Shown here: piece by piece, positions 26,872-36,152 of the stretch
Numbering within the stretch: the stretch's first letter is position 1
Layout of the letters: every line of letters starts with the position of its first letter
From: Lysobacterales bacterium
Lineage (GTDB): Bacteria > Pseudomonadota > Gammaproteobacteria > Xanthomonadales > Ahniellaceae
Direction: 5' to 3'
NCBI GenBank assembly: GCA_031389245.1
Contig: JANMSL010000729.1
Coordinates: 1-44,224, forward strand
DNA length: 44,224 nucleotides
Notes under the pieces: generated by a model
What the model was told of the DNA's origin: nothing
The model's database searches: none
The model's input: the letters and a program-made list of their open reading frames with translations, nothing else
Position numbers and translations under genes: made by a program

Positions 26872-29130
26872 ATGCGCATCAAGCGAACCCGGGCAACTAC
26901 GCCGCATTGCACATCCGACACTGCACTACTGCGGCAATTTTCGCCCGCAGCCACGCTTGCACCTTCTGCCCGCCCACTATTGCCTTTGGCCGCGCTGATG
27001 CTCGCCGGTGGCGCGTCTTTTGTTAGTGCCGGAGCCATACTGAGTGCGGAGGAAGTTGCCGATACCAAAACCATGGATAGCGTTGAGGTCGTCGGCTCCA
27101 AGCCGAAAGACGGCTACCGCGCAAGCACCACCTCCACTTTGAAAACGGTTCAAGACCCGCACGCGGTACCGCAGGCGTTGACCACGATCACCAATGTCTT
27201 GATGGAGGAACAGCAAGTCGGCTCACTTCGCGATGCACTGCGCAATGTTTCCGGGCTGACATTCAATGCAGCTGAAGGAGGGCGCACCGGCGATAACGTC
27301 ATGCTGCGCGGCTTTTACAGTTTCGGCGATCTGTACCTCGATGGCATCCGCGATACCGCGCAATACAACCGCGAAACGTTTTATCTTGAGCAGATCGATG
27401 TACTGCGTGGCGCCGCCGCGATGTTGTTTGGCCGTGGCCAGGCCGGCGGGGTGATCAATCAAGTCAGCAAAGCGCCCACCACAGAAGCGCAGCAGGAACT
27501 CTCGCTCAGTGCTGGCACGCTCGACTATGCTGAGGCCACTGCCGATCTGAACCTGCCGTTAGGCGCCGATCACGGGCTACGCGTCAACCTCATGCATCGC
27601 GACGAGGGCAGCACGCGCGAGAACCCCAGTAATGGAGACGGACCCGAGCTGCATCGCAGTGGCATCGCTGCCAACCTGGGTTTCAATATCGGCGGTGGCA
27701 ACCAGCTCAATCTGGCCCATGTCTACACCGCCACGCGTGATGTGCCCGACTACGGTGTGGCGTTCGATCGCACTACACGCCGCGTCAACACCAACTTCCC
27801 GGTGGATACGTTCTGGGGCAATGCGCGCAATTTCGACGACAGCGAAAACAATCTGAGCACACTGAGCTACGTACACCGGTTTCAATCCGGAGCACAATGG
27901 AGCACGCAATTTCGCCAAGCCGACTATGAGCGTCAATACTGGGCGAAGACACCCAGCGCCACTCTGGCGCCCAGTCCGGTTGGCGCTGTGGGCGGCAACC
28001 CAACGCGAAACAGCGACTATGCAACACAGACTCTGCAGTCGGATTTCACTACCGAGTGGCAGGCCTTTGGCATGCTGCATGAACTGCTGATCGGCGGCGA
28101 ATACATGGGCGAAGACAGCTACCGTCGCGCGTTGTTGAACCTGGGCACGACCGCCGCCCCGCGTTACCGACCGAACGTGGAAAACACTGCGACCTTGCCG
28201 GTTACCTTTGATGGCGACAGCTACGCGCTGTACCTGCAGGATTCCGTACAGTTCGCTCCCAACTGGAAGCTGTTGCTCGGCGCGCGTCGTGATGATCTCA
28301 AAGCGGAGTATTCCAGTCTGACCTCACCGCAACTGGAGTTTGGCGAGTGGAGCACGCGCTATGGTTTGTCCTGGCAACCCAACGCCAGCACGCACTATTA
28401 CCTGACGCGAAGTGACTCTTTCAGCCCAACCGCCGATCTGTACCAACTCTCGGGCGCAGGCTATCCGGCAGAGACCAGCGATGTGCTGGAGGCGGGCGCC
28501 AAATGGCTGCTACTCGACGGAAACCTGGCGTTTCGCAGCGCAATCTATCGAGCGGAAAAGCAATGGGAGCGGAACACGGACCTGGAGTCCACCGCTGCCA
28601 TCCTGACCCGCGAACGGCGCAGCGATGGCATCGAGTTTGAATTGATCGGGCGTATCACTCCGCAGTGGGAAATCTTCTCCGGCCTGGCACTGATGGATTC
28701 GAAAATTCTCAAGGTGGCGGAAAATCGCAATGCCACCACTGGCGTCATCACCCGGGCTGATCCACGTCTGCAGGGCGTGCAGGCGCGCAATGCGCCGGAC
28801 TACACCGCCAATGTCTGGACCACATACGCGTTGGACGAGCGTTGGAAGCTGGGCCTGGGCTTCGAGAGCAAGGATCAGCGTCTGGTCTACTCGCCGTCCA
28901 CGGCGGACGCCAGCGCCCTATTCGTCGATGGCCGCTTCGACCCCAATACTGCACCAAGCTACGTGCGTTGGGACGCCATGCTGGCGTACGCAGCAGAGCA
29001 CTGGCAAATGCGTCTGAATTTCCGCAACCTGTTTGACGAGGTTTACTACGACGCGCTCTACGACAATGGCGGCTTTGCCATACCGGGCACACGGCGCAGT
29101 GCGATCCTGACCACGGAATTCACGTTTTGA
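26872..29130 (+). CDS. TonB-dependent catecholate-type siderophore receptor (Fiu/PiuA-like)
   Basis: 752 aa. Plug region: VPQALTTITNVLMEEQQVGSLRDALRNVSGLTFNAAEGGRTGDNVMLRGFYSFGDLYLDGIRDTAQYNRETFYLEQIDVLRGAAAMLFGRGQAGGVIN. The C-terminus is TTEFTF. A piuC/ybiX homologue follows, as in fiu-ybiX and piuA-piuC loci. Confidence 0.85.
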   Translation: MRIKRTRATTPHCTSDTALLRQFSPAATLAPSARPLLPLAALMLAGGASFVSAGAILSAEEVADTKTMDSVEVVGSKPKDGYRASTTSTLKTVQDPHAVPQALTTITNVLMEEQQVGSLRDALRNVSGLTFNAAEGGRTGDNVMLRGFYSFGDLYLDGIRDTAQYNRETFYLEQIDVLRGAAAMLFGRGQAGGVINQVSKAPTTEAQQELSLSAGTLDYAEATADLNLPLGADHGLRVNLMHRDEGSTRENPSNGDGPELHRSGIAANLGFNIGGGNQLNLAHVYTATRDVPDYGVAFDRTTRRVNTNFPVDTFWGNARNFDDSENNLSTLSYVHRFQSGAQWSTQFRQADYERQYWAKTPSATLAPSPVGAVGGNPTRNSDYATQTLQSDFTTEWQAFGMLHELLIGGEYMGEDSYRRALLNLGTTAAPRYRPNVENTATLPVTFDGDSYALYLQDSVQFAPNWKLLLGARRDDLKAEYSSLTSPQLEFGEWSTRYGLSWQPNASTHYYLTRSDSFSPTADLYQLSGAGYPAETSDVLEAGAKWLLLDGNLAFRSAIYRAEKQWERNTDLESTAAILTRERRSDGIEFELIGRITPQWEIFSGLALMDSKILKVAENRNATTGVITRADPRLQGVQARNAPDYTANVWTTYALDERWKLGLGFESKDQRLVYSPSTADASALFVDGRFDPNTAPSYVRWDAMLAYAAEHWQMRLNFRNLFDEVYYDALYDNGGFAIPGTRRSAILTTEFTF

Positions 29131-29152
29131 AACTGCGCCGGAGCCAACGTCG

Positions 29153-29836
29153 ATGTTGATGCACATCCCCGCTGTGCTCGATTCCGGGCAACTGAAAGCA
29201 TGCCAGGCTCTGCTCGCCGAGGCGAGTTGGGCCGACGGCCGCGTCACCGCCGGCACCCAGGCGGCGCAGGTGAAAAACAACAGTCAATTGCCCGAAGACT
29301 GCGCCGAAGCGCAGAAGCTGCGGCTGATCGTATTGGATGCACTCAGCCGCAATGCCCTGTTCTTCAGCGCCGCCCTGCCCAAGCGCATCTATCCGCCGCT
29401 ATTCAATCACTACGGCGGCAGCAGAAATGCGTTTGGCAATCACGTCGACAATGCCATACGAACCCACCCCAAAACGGCGACGCACATACGCACGGATCTG
29501 TCGTTTACCCTGTTTCTCAACGAACCGGAGGACTATCGAGGCGGCGAGCTGGTGATCGAAGATGGCATCGCCGGTGGCGGAATAAAACTGCCCGCCGGCG
29601 ATCTGCTGTTGTATCCGTCGTATAGCTTGCATCGAGTCGAAGCAGTCACCGAAGGCCAGCGCCTGGCGTGTTTTTCCTGGGTCGAGAGCCTGATTCGCGA
29701 TGCACCACAACGCGACGTCCTGCACGAACTGGACCTATCGATTCTGGCACTGCGAGAACAGCATGGCGACAACGCGCACAGCGTGCGCCTGACCCATTGT
29801 TATCACAATCTGATGAGGATGTGGGCAGTTTGCTAG
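29153..29836 (+). CDS. piuC: PKHD-type Fe(II)/2-oxoglutarate-dependent hydroxylase (PiuC/YbiX family)
   Basis: 227 aa. The N-terminus MLMHIPAVLDSGQL...ASWADGRVTAGTQAAQVKNNSQL parallels YbiX. Metal ligands are in the contexts GNHVDNA and LYPSYSLHRVEAVT. Confidence 0.85.
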   Translation: MLMHIPAVLDSGQLKACQALLAEASWADGRVTAGTQAAQVKNNSQLPEDCAEAQKLRLIVLDALSRNALFFSAALPKRIYPPLFNHYGGSRNAFGNHVDNAIRTHPKTATHIRTDLSFTLFLNEPEDYRGGELVIEDGIAGGGIKLPAGDLLLYPSYSLHRVEAVTEGQRLACFSWVESLIRDAPQRDVLHELDLSILALREQHGDNAHSVRLTHCYHNLMRMWAVC

Positions 29837-29964
29837 CCCGGATGGCCCGTGTTTCCGGCGATTAACCACGCCACACATCAACGCACCTTCATCAGCACGA
29901 CACGCACGATCTCAGATCATTGCGCACGACATTGAATTACTCCGCTTCGGCCGAGCGCAATTGA

Positions 29965-30525
29965 TCAACGATCCAGCCGCTGCGTCTGCTCAAGGCGCCC
30001 ATCCACCAGCAGCAGCAAGCGATAATCTCGTGACGAACCGGGATCGTAAATCCAGTCTTCCTGACGCAGCACGCGCACCCGCGCGTTGCCTTGGCCATCG
30101 CGCTCAATCAGATCGCCGTAACGTTCACGCTGACTCTGTGGCAGGCCGCAACGCGCGATGATTTCGCCATTGCTGATACCCGGCAACAGCATGTCGAGAT
30201 TGCACTTCTTGGGTTTTCGATCGAAGCCGTAGCCAAGGCCCTCTTCGCGCTGCAAGCGGTCGTCGCGAAACACCAGACGCTGCATGAAGCGATTACTGCC
30301 GAAGTTGTAGAACCACACTTCAACCGTGCGTTCGACGCGCTGCTCCAACGGCCCGCGTTCACCGCGCACCAGCCATTCGCTGTAACGGTCGGTCCAGAAC
30401 GGTTCGCCGCAGCGCTCGCGCACCTGCAGCGCGTGATCGCCGGGATCTACCAGGCGCCCGTTGCAACGCAACGCCTGGGCTGGCATTGCAACGATCAGCA
30501 GCAGTGCAATTAACGTGCTTTTCAT
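29965..30525 (-). CDS. Secreted protein with two tandem DUF2845 repeats
   Basis: The start at 30525 (MKSTLIALLLIVAMPAQA) gives a signal peptide. The track ORF extends to 30756 without support. Repeat 1: CNGRLVDPGDHALQVRERCGEP...VWFYNFGSNRFMQRLVFRDDRL. Repeat 2: CNLDMLLPGISNGEIIARCGLP...DWIYDPGSSRDYRLLLLVDGRL. Confidence 0.7.
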   Translation of the reverse strand: MKSTLIALLLIVAMPAQALRCNGRLVDPGDHALQVRERCGEPFWTDRYSEWLVRGERGPLEQRVERTVEVWFYNFGSNRFMQRLVFRDDRLQREEGLGYGFDRKPKKCNLDMLLPGISNGEIIARCGLPQSQRERYGDLIERDGQGNARVRVLRQEDWIYDPGSSRDYRLLLLVDGRLEQTQRLDR

Positions 30526-30740
30526 CGAGGCTTCCGGCTCGCGGTCCGAATGTCCGCAGTAGATTCGAGCGTATCGCAATCGGGCTGAACTTCGGACATG
30601 TCCGCTGAACGGTGCATAGACTTTTTTTCTGCAAAGAAAGTTCCGTACCTCAGCGAGCGCCGCAACGGCGCGCAACTCGAACCTTTCGCCGTCGGCGAAT
30701 CCCAGCTTGCAGGCCTGCGTCAGAAAACCGGGACCTTCCG

Positions 30741-30768
30741 CACGGGCGCAACGCAACAGGCGCCCGTG
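30741..30768 (-). terminator. Hairpin downstream of the DUF4394 gene
   Basis: CACGGGCGC-10 nt loop-GCGCCCGTG forms a 9-bp perfect stem, 50 nt after the stop at 30818. On the minus strand a GGTTTTC run follows about 12 nt later. Confidence 0.35.
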
Positions 30769-30817
30769 CAGAACGTCCGCGATCGATCAGGCGCCTAAGT
30801 TCCCACGCGCCGAACGC

Positions 30818-32596
30818 TCACTCAAAACCATCGAAGAAGATTGGATCGATCTCCGTCTGCCAAACAATCAGCCCATCGGCATTGATCGGCGGCGCACCGA
30901 TGAACTGCAGTTGTCCGCTGGCCAGATCGACTCGGAACAAACCGGTCTGCGCCGCACTGGCGAGCGTCGCGTAGGCGGTGCCAGCGGCTGGCATACTGTT
31001 GGCCGGAGCGTTCACGCCAGGTGGAATGTCGAAACCGGCGCTGGACAGAAAATCAAATGCAACGCCGCCAAACGTCAAAACCTGGCTCGGGGTCTGAGTC
31101 CCGGCATTGGGTGGATTCTGGATCAACAGCTGATTGCCTGCAGGGTCGAGCGTGTACAAAGTGGTGATTGTCGTACCCGCAAAATTGTTGGTGTAGCCCG
31201 CACCGCCGAGGCCGGTCACGCCGGCGCCATTGATCGATCCGTCGGGATTGACGCCAGGGCTGGCGGCATCTCCATCGACCGGACCACCGGTGATCGGGTT
31301 GACGCGAAAGTTCAGGCCGTTGGTCAGAGACACGACGCGAAGTCGATCGACCGCGGGATTGAAGTCCACGCCGTAAGCCGTGTCAGCGAAATCAATCGGA
31401 GTGCCGACACCGTCGACAAAGGTGATTATGCCAGGCACACCGCCGACGATGGAGAGCGTACCGGTCTGCGGATCGACGACATACACGGTTCCGGTGTTGG
31501 TCGCCGCGTTGATGCCAAGAGCGTAGACGCCGCCTGTCGCCGGACGACCATCCATGCCTACGATCGTTTCGCCAGCGACCCCGCCGGTGAGCGACACCAT
31601 GACTGCGGACTGTGGCTGTCCCAGCGGAAACCGCGCGAGCTGCACCGACGCGACACTCGACACCAACGCAGTCGGGTTCACCGACACGGCGATATCGCGC
31701 GCAGTGATTCCACTGAAAGCACCGACCAACGTTGCCGTAGCGTTGGCCAAGTTGAGACGATAGAAGTTGCTGTTGCCGCCAACCAATGACACCAGGTAAC
31801 CGGTGCCATTGGCGGGAGCATTGCTGCTCGCCACGTCGACGCCGGGCGGAATATCGAACCCGGTGTCGACGTTGAGATCAAGCGGCGAGCCGTTCTGCAT
31901 CACAATCTGCGCTGCGGTCAACGTGCCCATGTTCGGCGGATTCTGGATCATCAATTGGTCGCTGGCCGCGTCGATCGTATACAGCGTTGTTGCCGTGGTG
32001 TTGATGCGACTATTCGTATAGGCGCAGGCATGCGCCGTATTGGCTGCACCGTTGAGTGCCCCGTCCATATTCAGGCCCGCTACGCTGCCGGGGCTGCCAC
32101 CCAGATCGCCATCAACGAATGCTCCGGTGTTGGGGTTCATGCGGAAGTTGCGCCCGTCGCTGGTGACCACGCGCACACGATCAACAGCGGGATTGAAGTC
32201 CACTCCAAATCCCGCGGAGGTGATCAGGACGGGCATCCCGATCGCGTCCACAAACGTGCCCGGTGTTCCGATCGGGGTCGCAAGCGCCGAGCTGATACTG
32301 CTGCTGATGTGGTACAGCTGTACGGTTCCGGCGCCCGCGTTGGCGCCCAAAGCATAGAGTCGTCCGTTCGATGGACGTACGTCGATTGCCTGCAGCGTGT
32401 CACCGGCATTCACGCCGGTGATCGGTAGCGGCGCGCCGATCGCGGTGGGCTGCGATTCGCTGCTCTGCGCCAGCTCGTTGTTGCTGGTCAATATATGCAC
32501 GGTGCGATCCGGCACGCCCGCCAACACGGAAGCCGCTGTCAGTGCGCAAAGCACTGCGACCAGCGCTTGAAGGCGAAGCCTGTATTTCTGATTCAT
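30818..32596 (-). CDS. Secreted protein with two DUF4394 domains
   Basis: 592 aa with signal peptide LQALVAVLCALTAASVLAG. The family hallmark occurs twice: GFGVDFNPAVDRVRVVTSDGRNFRMNPNTGA and AYGVDFNPAVDRLRVVSLTNGLNFRVNPITGG. LYTIDAASDQLMIQNPPN and LYTLDPAGNQLLIQNPPN are also duplicated. It ends in PIFFDGFE followed by the stop. Confidence 0.8.
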   Translation of the reverse strand: MNQKYRLRLQALVAVLCALTAASVLAGVPDRTVHILTSNNELAQSSESQPTAIGAPLPITGVNAGDTLQAIDVRPSNGRLYALGANAGAGTVQLYHISSSISSALATPIGTPGTFVDAIGMPVLITSAGFGVDFNPAVDRVRVVTSDGRNFRMNPNTGAFVDGDLGGSPGSVAGLNMDGALNGAANTAHACAYTNSRINTTATTLYTIDAASDQLMIQNPPNMGTLTAAQIVMQNGSPLDLNVDTGFDIPPGVDVASSNAPANGTGYLVSLVGGNSNFYRLNLANATATLVGAFSGITARDIAVSVNPTALVSSVASVQLARFPLGQPQSAVMVSLTGGVAGETIVGMDGRPATGGVYALGINAATNTGTVYVVDPQTGTLSIVGGVPGIITFVDGVGTPIDFADTAYGVDFNPAVDRLRVVSLTNGLNFRVNPITGGPVDGDAASPGVNPDGSINGAGVTGLGGAGYTNNFAGTTITTLYTLDPAGNQLLIQNPPNAGTQTPSQVLTFGGVAFDFLSSAGFDIPPGVNAPANSMPAAGTAYATLASAAQTGLFRVDLASGQLQFIGAPPINADGLIVWQTEIDPIFFDGFE

Positions 32597-32760
32597 GGCA
32601 AAGTTCTCCCGGAAATAGTTGCAAATTCCGCGTGAGCGGGATGAATTTCGACAACCGTCGCCCGCAAGCGCCCCCGAACCTTGGGAAATCCGTCGTCATC
32701 CCCGTCTACGCGGTCGGACCAGCCATTGGATGCACCGGTCACGAAGCAGTGTGCGCGATG

Positions 32761-32781
32761 CGGTTCAAATCGTTTGAACCG
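32761..32781. promoter_or_regulatory. 21-bp palindrome in a 500-bp divergent intergenic region
   Basis: CGGTTCAAA-TCG-TTTGAACCG has perfect 9-bp arms. It lies between the DUF4394 gene (minus) and the fasciclin gene (plus). Confidence 0.25.
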
Positions 32782-33097
32782 AACCGACACGTTGCGCGTC
32801 TCGCCCCGGAAAGTAGAGTCGCCACATTGAAAGCGCGCCTGGGCGACGACGATCAAGTCCAGTTGCTTGCGCTCACCGGTCTGGGCGCCGCGCGCCGCGA
32901 TACACATGCGCTTGGTCAGCATGCGTGCAACCCCTGCTGCGGCGCTCGGCATTCATCATTTTGCAACGCTACCGCGACATCAAGGTGACATTTGTGCAAT
33001 CGCACATCACCTCACCTGCACCACCGCGCAACATGCCTTGGCGCATGGTGGCGTCAGCGCAGACTTGCTGCGCTTCACCCCACCTCGGAGATATCAC

Positions 33098-33613
33098 ATG
33101 TTCCTTCGCAAGACGCTTCTTTCATTCGCTGTCGGCTTCGCCGCCATCGTCGCCGTACCCGCATTTGCCGAGCATCATGGCACGCACGCCGAAATGGCCC
33201 AGAGCGCACCGACCATCGTGGGCATCGCCAGCACCAACGCAGATTTTGAAACTCTGACCGCCGCGCTCTCCGCCGCCGATCTGGTCGCTACGTTGGAAGG
33301 CGCCGGTCCATTCACCGTGTTTGCGCCCACCGATGCGGCTTTTGCCAAGCTGCCTGCTGGCGCACTCGATGACCTGCTCAAGCCAGAGAACAAGGACAAG
33401 CTCACCGCGATCCTGACCTATCACGTGGTCTCGGGAAAGGTGTTGGCGTCCGATGTCGTCAAGCTCAACAGTGCCAAGACGGTCAACGGCGAGAGTGCCA
33501 AGATCGTGGTGAAGAATGGCAAGGTGATGATTGATAACGCCACCGTGACTGCGACCGATATCAAGGCCAGCAACGGTGTGATTCACATCATCGACAGCGT
33601 GCTCATGCCGTAA
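33098..33613 (+). CDS. Fasciclin (FAS1) domain protein, secreted
   Basis: The start at 33098 ([24 protein letters not shown]) follows GGAGA. FAS1 motifs: [37 protein letters not shown]. The upstream extension in the track (32867) is not supported. Confidence 0.85.
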   Translation: MFLRKTLLSFAVGFAAIVAVPAFAEHHGTHAEMAQSAPTIVGIASTNADFETLTAALSAADLVATLEGAGPFTVFAPTDAAFAKLPAGALDDLLKPENKDKLTAILTYHVVSGKVLASDVVKLNSAKTVNGESAKIVVKNGKVMIDNATVTATDIKASNGVIHIIDSVLMP

Positions 33614-34033
33614 CCGGAAATGTCAGGTCTGCGGCGCGGCAATGAAACGCGCGGCAGAAGCGAGCTGGCTAACAGGTTGTTCGTGCCTCAATGGTGCCGA
33701 GCAACGTGCCGCTTTAGTGTTCCAACATCGCTGCGTCGCAGACCTGCTTTGAATCGAAACGCATCGTTGCCAAACATCGACGCCTGCGTTTTGCGTGGAA
33801 GACTCGCTGTTCCAAGCGCTGAGTTACTTCGGGTCGGCCATGAGCCGAAAGCCAGGATCAGTATGAACCGCGATCGCCGCGTTGCTCACTATCGTAAACA
33901 CTCCTCCGGCGCTTGCCCGCAGAACCCGACATTGACAGTTTCACTCTGTACGTAGTCCATGCAATTGCTGTTTTTGAGATAGCCTCTGTCAGTCAACCCG
34001 AACCGGGGTCGACGCCACGACCGAGGAATCGCT

Positions 34034-34462
34034 ATGCAAGTCCGTCTTACATTTTTGTTTGGCGCGCTGATGTGTTTATTCATGATGGGCGCCGGCTCTG
34101 CGGAAGAGACCGTCGGTCGGGCACCGGCGATGCGCATCGCAACCGACCCGGGCGACCCTGTCGAACCTCAGCACGGACAATCAACCGCGCAACTTGCGAC
34201 TGCCGAGCAAGACCGGCTTACCCAGGCGAATGACCCTGCGTTTCGTCAAGCAGACGAGGGCCTGCAGATCATCTACTTGGAAGATGGCTCCAGCATGATG
34301 GAGCTTCAGGGTCGATTCCAACACGCTACCGTTGCCGAGGTGCAAGCGGATGCAAGCGTGCGAACACACTGCCAAGACGCTGATCATCTGAGACTTGGCG
34401 AGCATGTGCATGATTCGGTGGCGATACCGGCCAGAGCCAACTCCACCGCCGAAGATCATTGA
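34034..34462 (+). CDS. Hypothetical small secreted protein
   Basis: 142 aa. GAGGA lies upstream of the ATG. Signal peptide: LTFLFGALMCLFMMGAGSAEE. The stop lies 10 nt before the next gene. I recognise no family. Confidence 0.55.
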   Translation: MQVRLTFLFGALMCLFMMGAGSAEETVGRAPAMRIATDPGDPVEPQHGQSTAQLATAEQDRLTQANDPAFRQADEGLQIIYLEDGSSMMELQGRFQHATVAEVQADASVRTHCQDADHLRLGEHVHDSVAIPARANSTAEDH

Positions 34463-34472
34463 GGATTCTGTG

Positions 34473-35894
34473 ATGAAACCTCATTGCATTTTTGCCATCT
34501 CGCTCGCTCTGAGCACCCCGCTCGCCCATGCAGCCATCTTCGTGATCAACAATCTGAACACCGCTGGCGAAGGACTCAATGATCCGACGGTAGTCGCCGC
34601 ATTGCCCAGCAACCCGCATACGACTTTGGGCGAACAACGTCTTTACGTGTTACAGGCCGCCGTCAACCAGTGGGGCACATTGCTGCAAAGCTCGAGGCCC
34701 ATCATTGTCGATGCCACATTCGAACCGTTGGCTTGCACCAGCACCGCCGCAGTTCTTGGATCCGCCGCACCTCAGAGCGTCCATCAAAACTTTGCGAACG
34801 CTCCAGTGGCAAACGTTTGGTACAGCCAGGCATTGGCCAATTCATTGGCAACCACCGATTTGAGCGCCCTCAGCGATATCAGAGCGCGATTCAGTTCTAC
34901 GCTTGATAGTGGCTGCATGTCAGGTACACCGGGCTGGTATTACTCAACGCTCGCATCCGACACCACTGCGGATGGGCGCATTGCGCTGCTCCCCGTGGTG
35001 TTCCATGAATTGGCCCACGGCCTCGGATTCCAGACCTTTACCAGTAGCAACACGGGCGCCTTCAACGCGGGCGTGCCTTCGATTTGGGATACGTTTCTCG
35101 CGGATGCCGTTACCGGAACGACGTGGATCAACATGCCGGATAATGCGGCCAGGCAGGCCTCGGCGATCAGCGATCCCAATCTGATCTGGACGGGGCCGAT
35201 CGTGACTGCTGCGAAGAACAATTTTCTCGGCCCTGCACCGACGTTGATGGTCAACTTGCCAGCGACCATCGCCGGTCAAAGAGCCGCCCTTCCCGCTACC
35301 TTTGGCGCAACGGTGCCGGCGAAGGGGATCATCGGGGATGTGGTCGCAGCTGTGGATAGCGGTGGCGCGAACCTTCTCGATGGCTGTGAATCGATCTCCA
35401 ACGATGTGTCCGGCAAGATTGCGCTGATGGTTCGTGGCAATTGCAATGTCACGGTGAAGATCATGAATGCGCAAACGGCCGGCGCGATCGCAGCGCTCAT
35501 GCACCACAATACTGCTGCAGGGCTACCCAGCATGGCCGGAACCAATGCCGCCGTGAACATTTCGTCTTACGGCATTTCGCAGGCAGACGGCAATACGATA
35601 CGTGCGGAACTGTCATTACCGAGTGTGGTGAATGTGACGCTCGGATATGGCACGCAGATGGCCGGAACGACGCTCAGCGGGGGCACCCCTTTCGTGCGTA
35701 TGCATGCGCCCAATCCTTCGCAAGGCGGGACGGTGGCGCACTTTACTCTGGACGCATTCCCCAGCCTGCTGATGGAACCCGCTTACCCTGCCCAATACAA
35801 TGAAGCCGACCTGACGATTCCGTTGTTTGAGGACATTGGCTGGCAGGTGACGGTGCCGACGTCGCTGTTACCGTTCCAGGATGGCTTTGAGTAA
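34473..35894 (+). CDS. Secreted zinc-metallopeptidase-like protein with an inserted PA (protease-associated) domain
   Basis: The start at 34473 (MKPHCIFAISLALSTPLAHA) follows GAGGA. HExxH motif: VVFHELAHGLGF. PA-domain signature: GKIALMVRGNCNVTVKIMNAQTAGAIAALMHHN. It ends in LLPFQDGFE followed by the stop. Confidence 0.7.
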   Translation: MKPHCIFAISLALSTPLAHAAIFVINNLNTAGEGLNDPTVVAALPSNPHTTLGEQRLYVLQAAVNQWGTLLQSSRPIIVDATFEPLACTSTAAVLGSAAPQSVHQNFANAPVANVWYSQALANSLATTDLSALSDIRARFSSTLDSGCMSGTPGWYYSTLASDTTADGRIALLPVVFHELAHGLGFQTFTSSNTGAFNAGVPSIWDTFLADAVTGTTWINMPDNAARQASAISDPNLIWTGPIVTAAKNNFLGPAPTLMVNLPATIAGQRAALPATFGATVPAKGIIGDVVAAVDSGGANLLDGCESISNDVSGKIALMVRGNCNVTVKIMNAQTAGAIAALMHHNTAAGLPSMAGTNAAVNISSYGISQADGNTIRAELSLPSVVNVTLGYGTQMAGTTLSGGTPFVRMHAPNPSQGGTVAHFTLDAFPSLLMEPAYPAQYNEADLTIPLFEDIGWQVTVPTSLLPFQDGFE

Positions 35895-36152
35895 GGCCTA
35901 GGGCGTCAGGGGCGAGTAGCACTTTTTAAATGCGAGTTCGGGTTCATCTGACCCTGTCTTCAGCTGCTTCACATCGGGAATGGACCACACCGAGCACCGA
36001 CGACATCGGGCGCGCGCGACACGCGAGCGCCAACACTGGTGCGTCAGAAGAATGTCCACTTCCATCGCGGCTGCGGCCCAAGCGCGTCGGAAGTTGAACG
36101 CATTGCGGGACTCCAATGGACGCGCCTGTTTCCCACCAGCGAGACCATTGCC

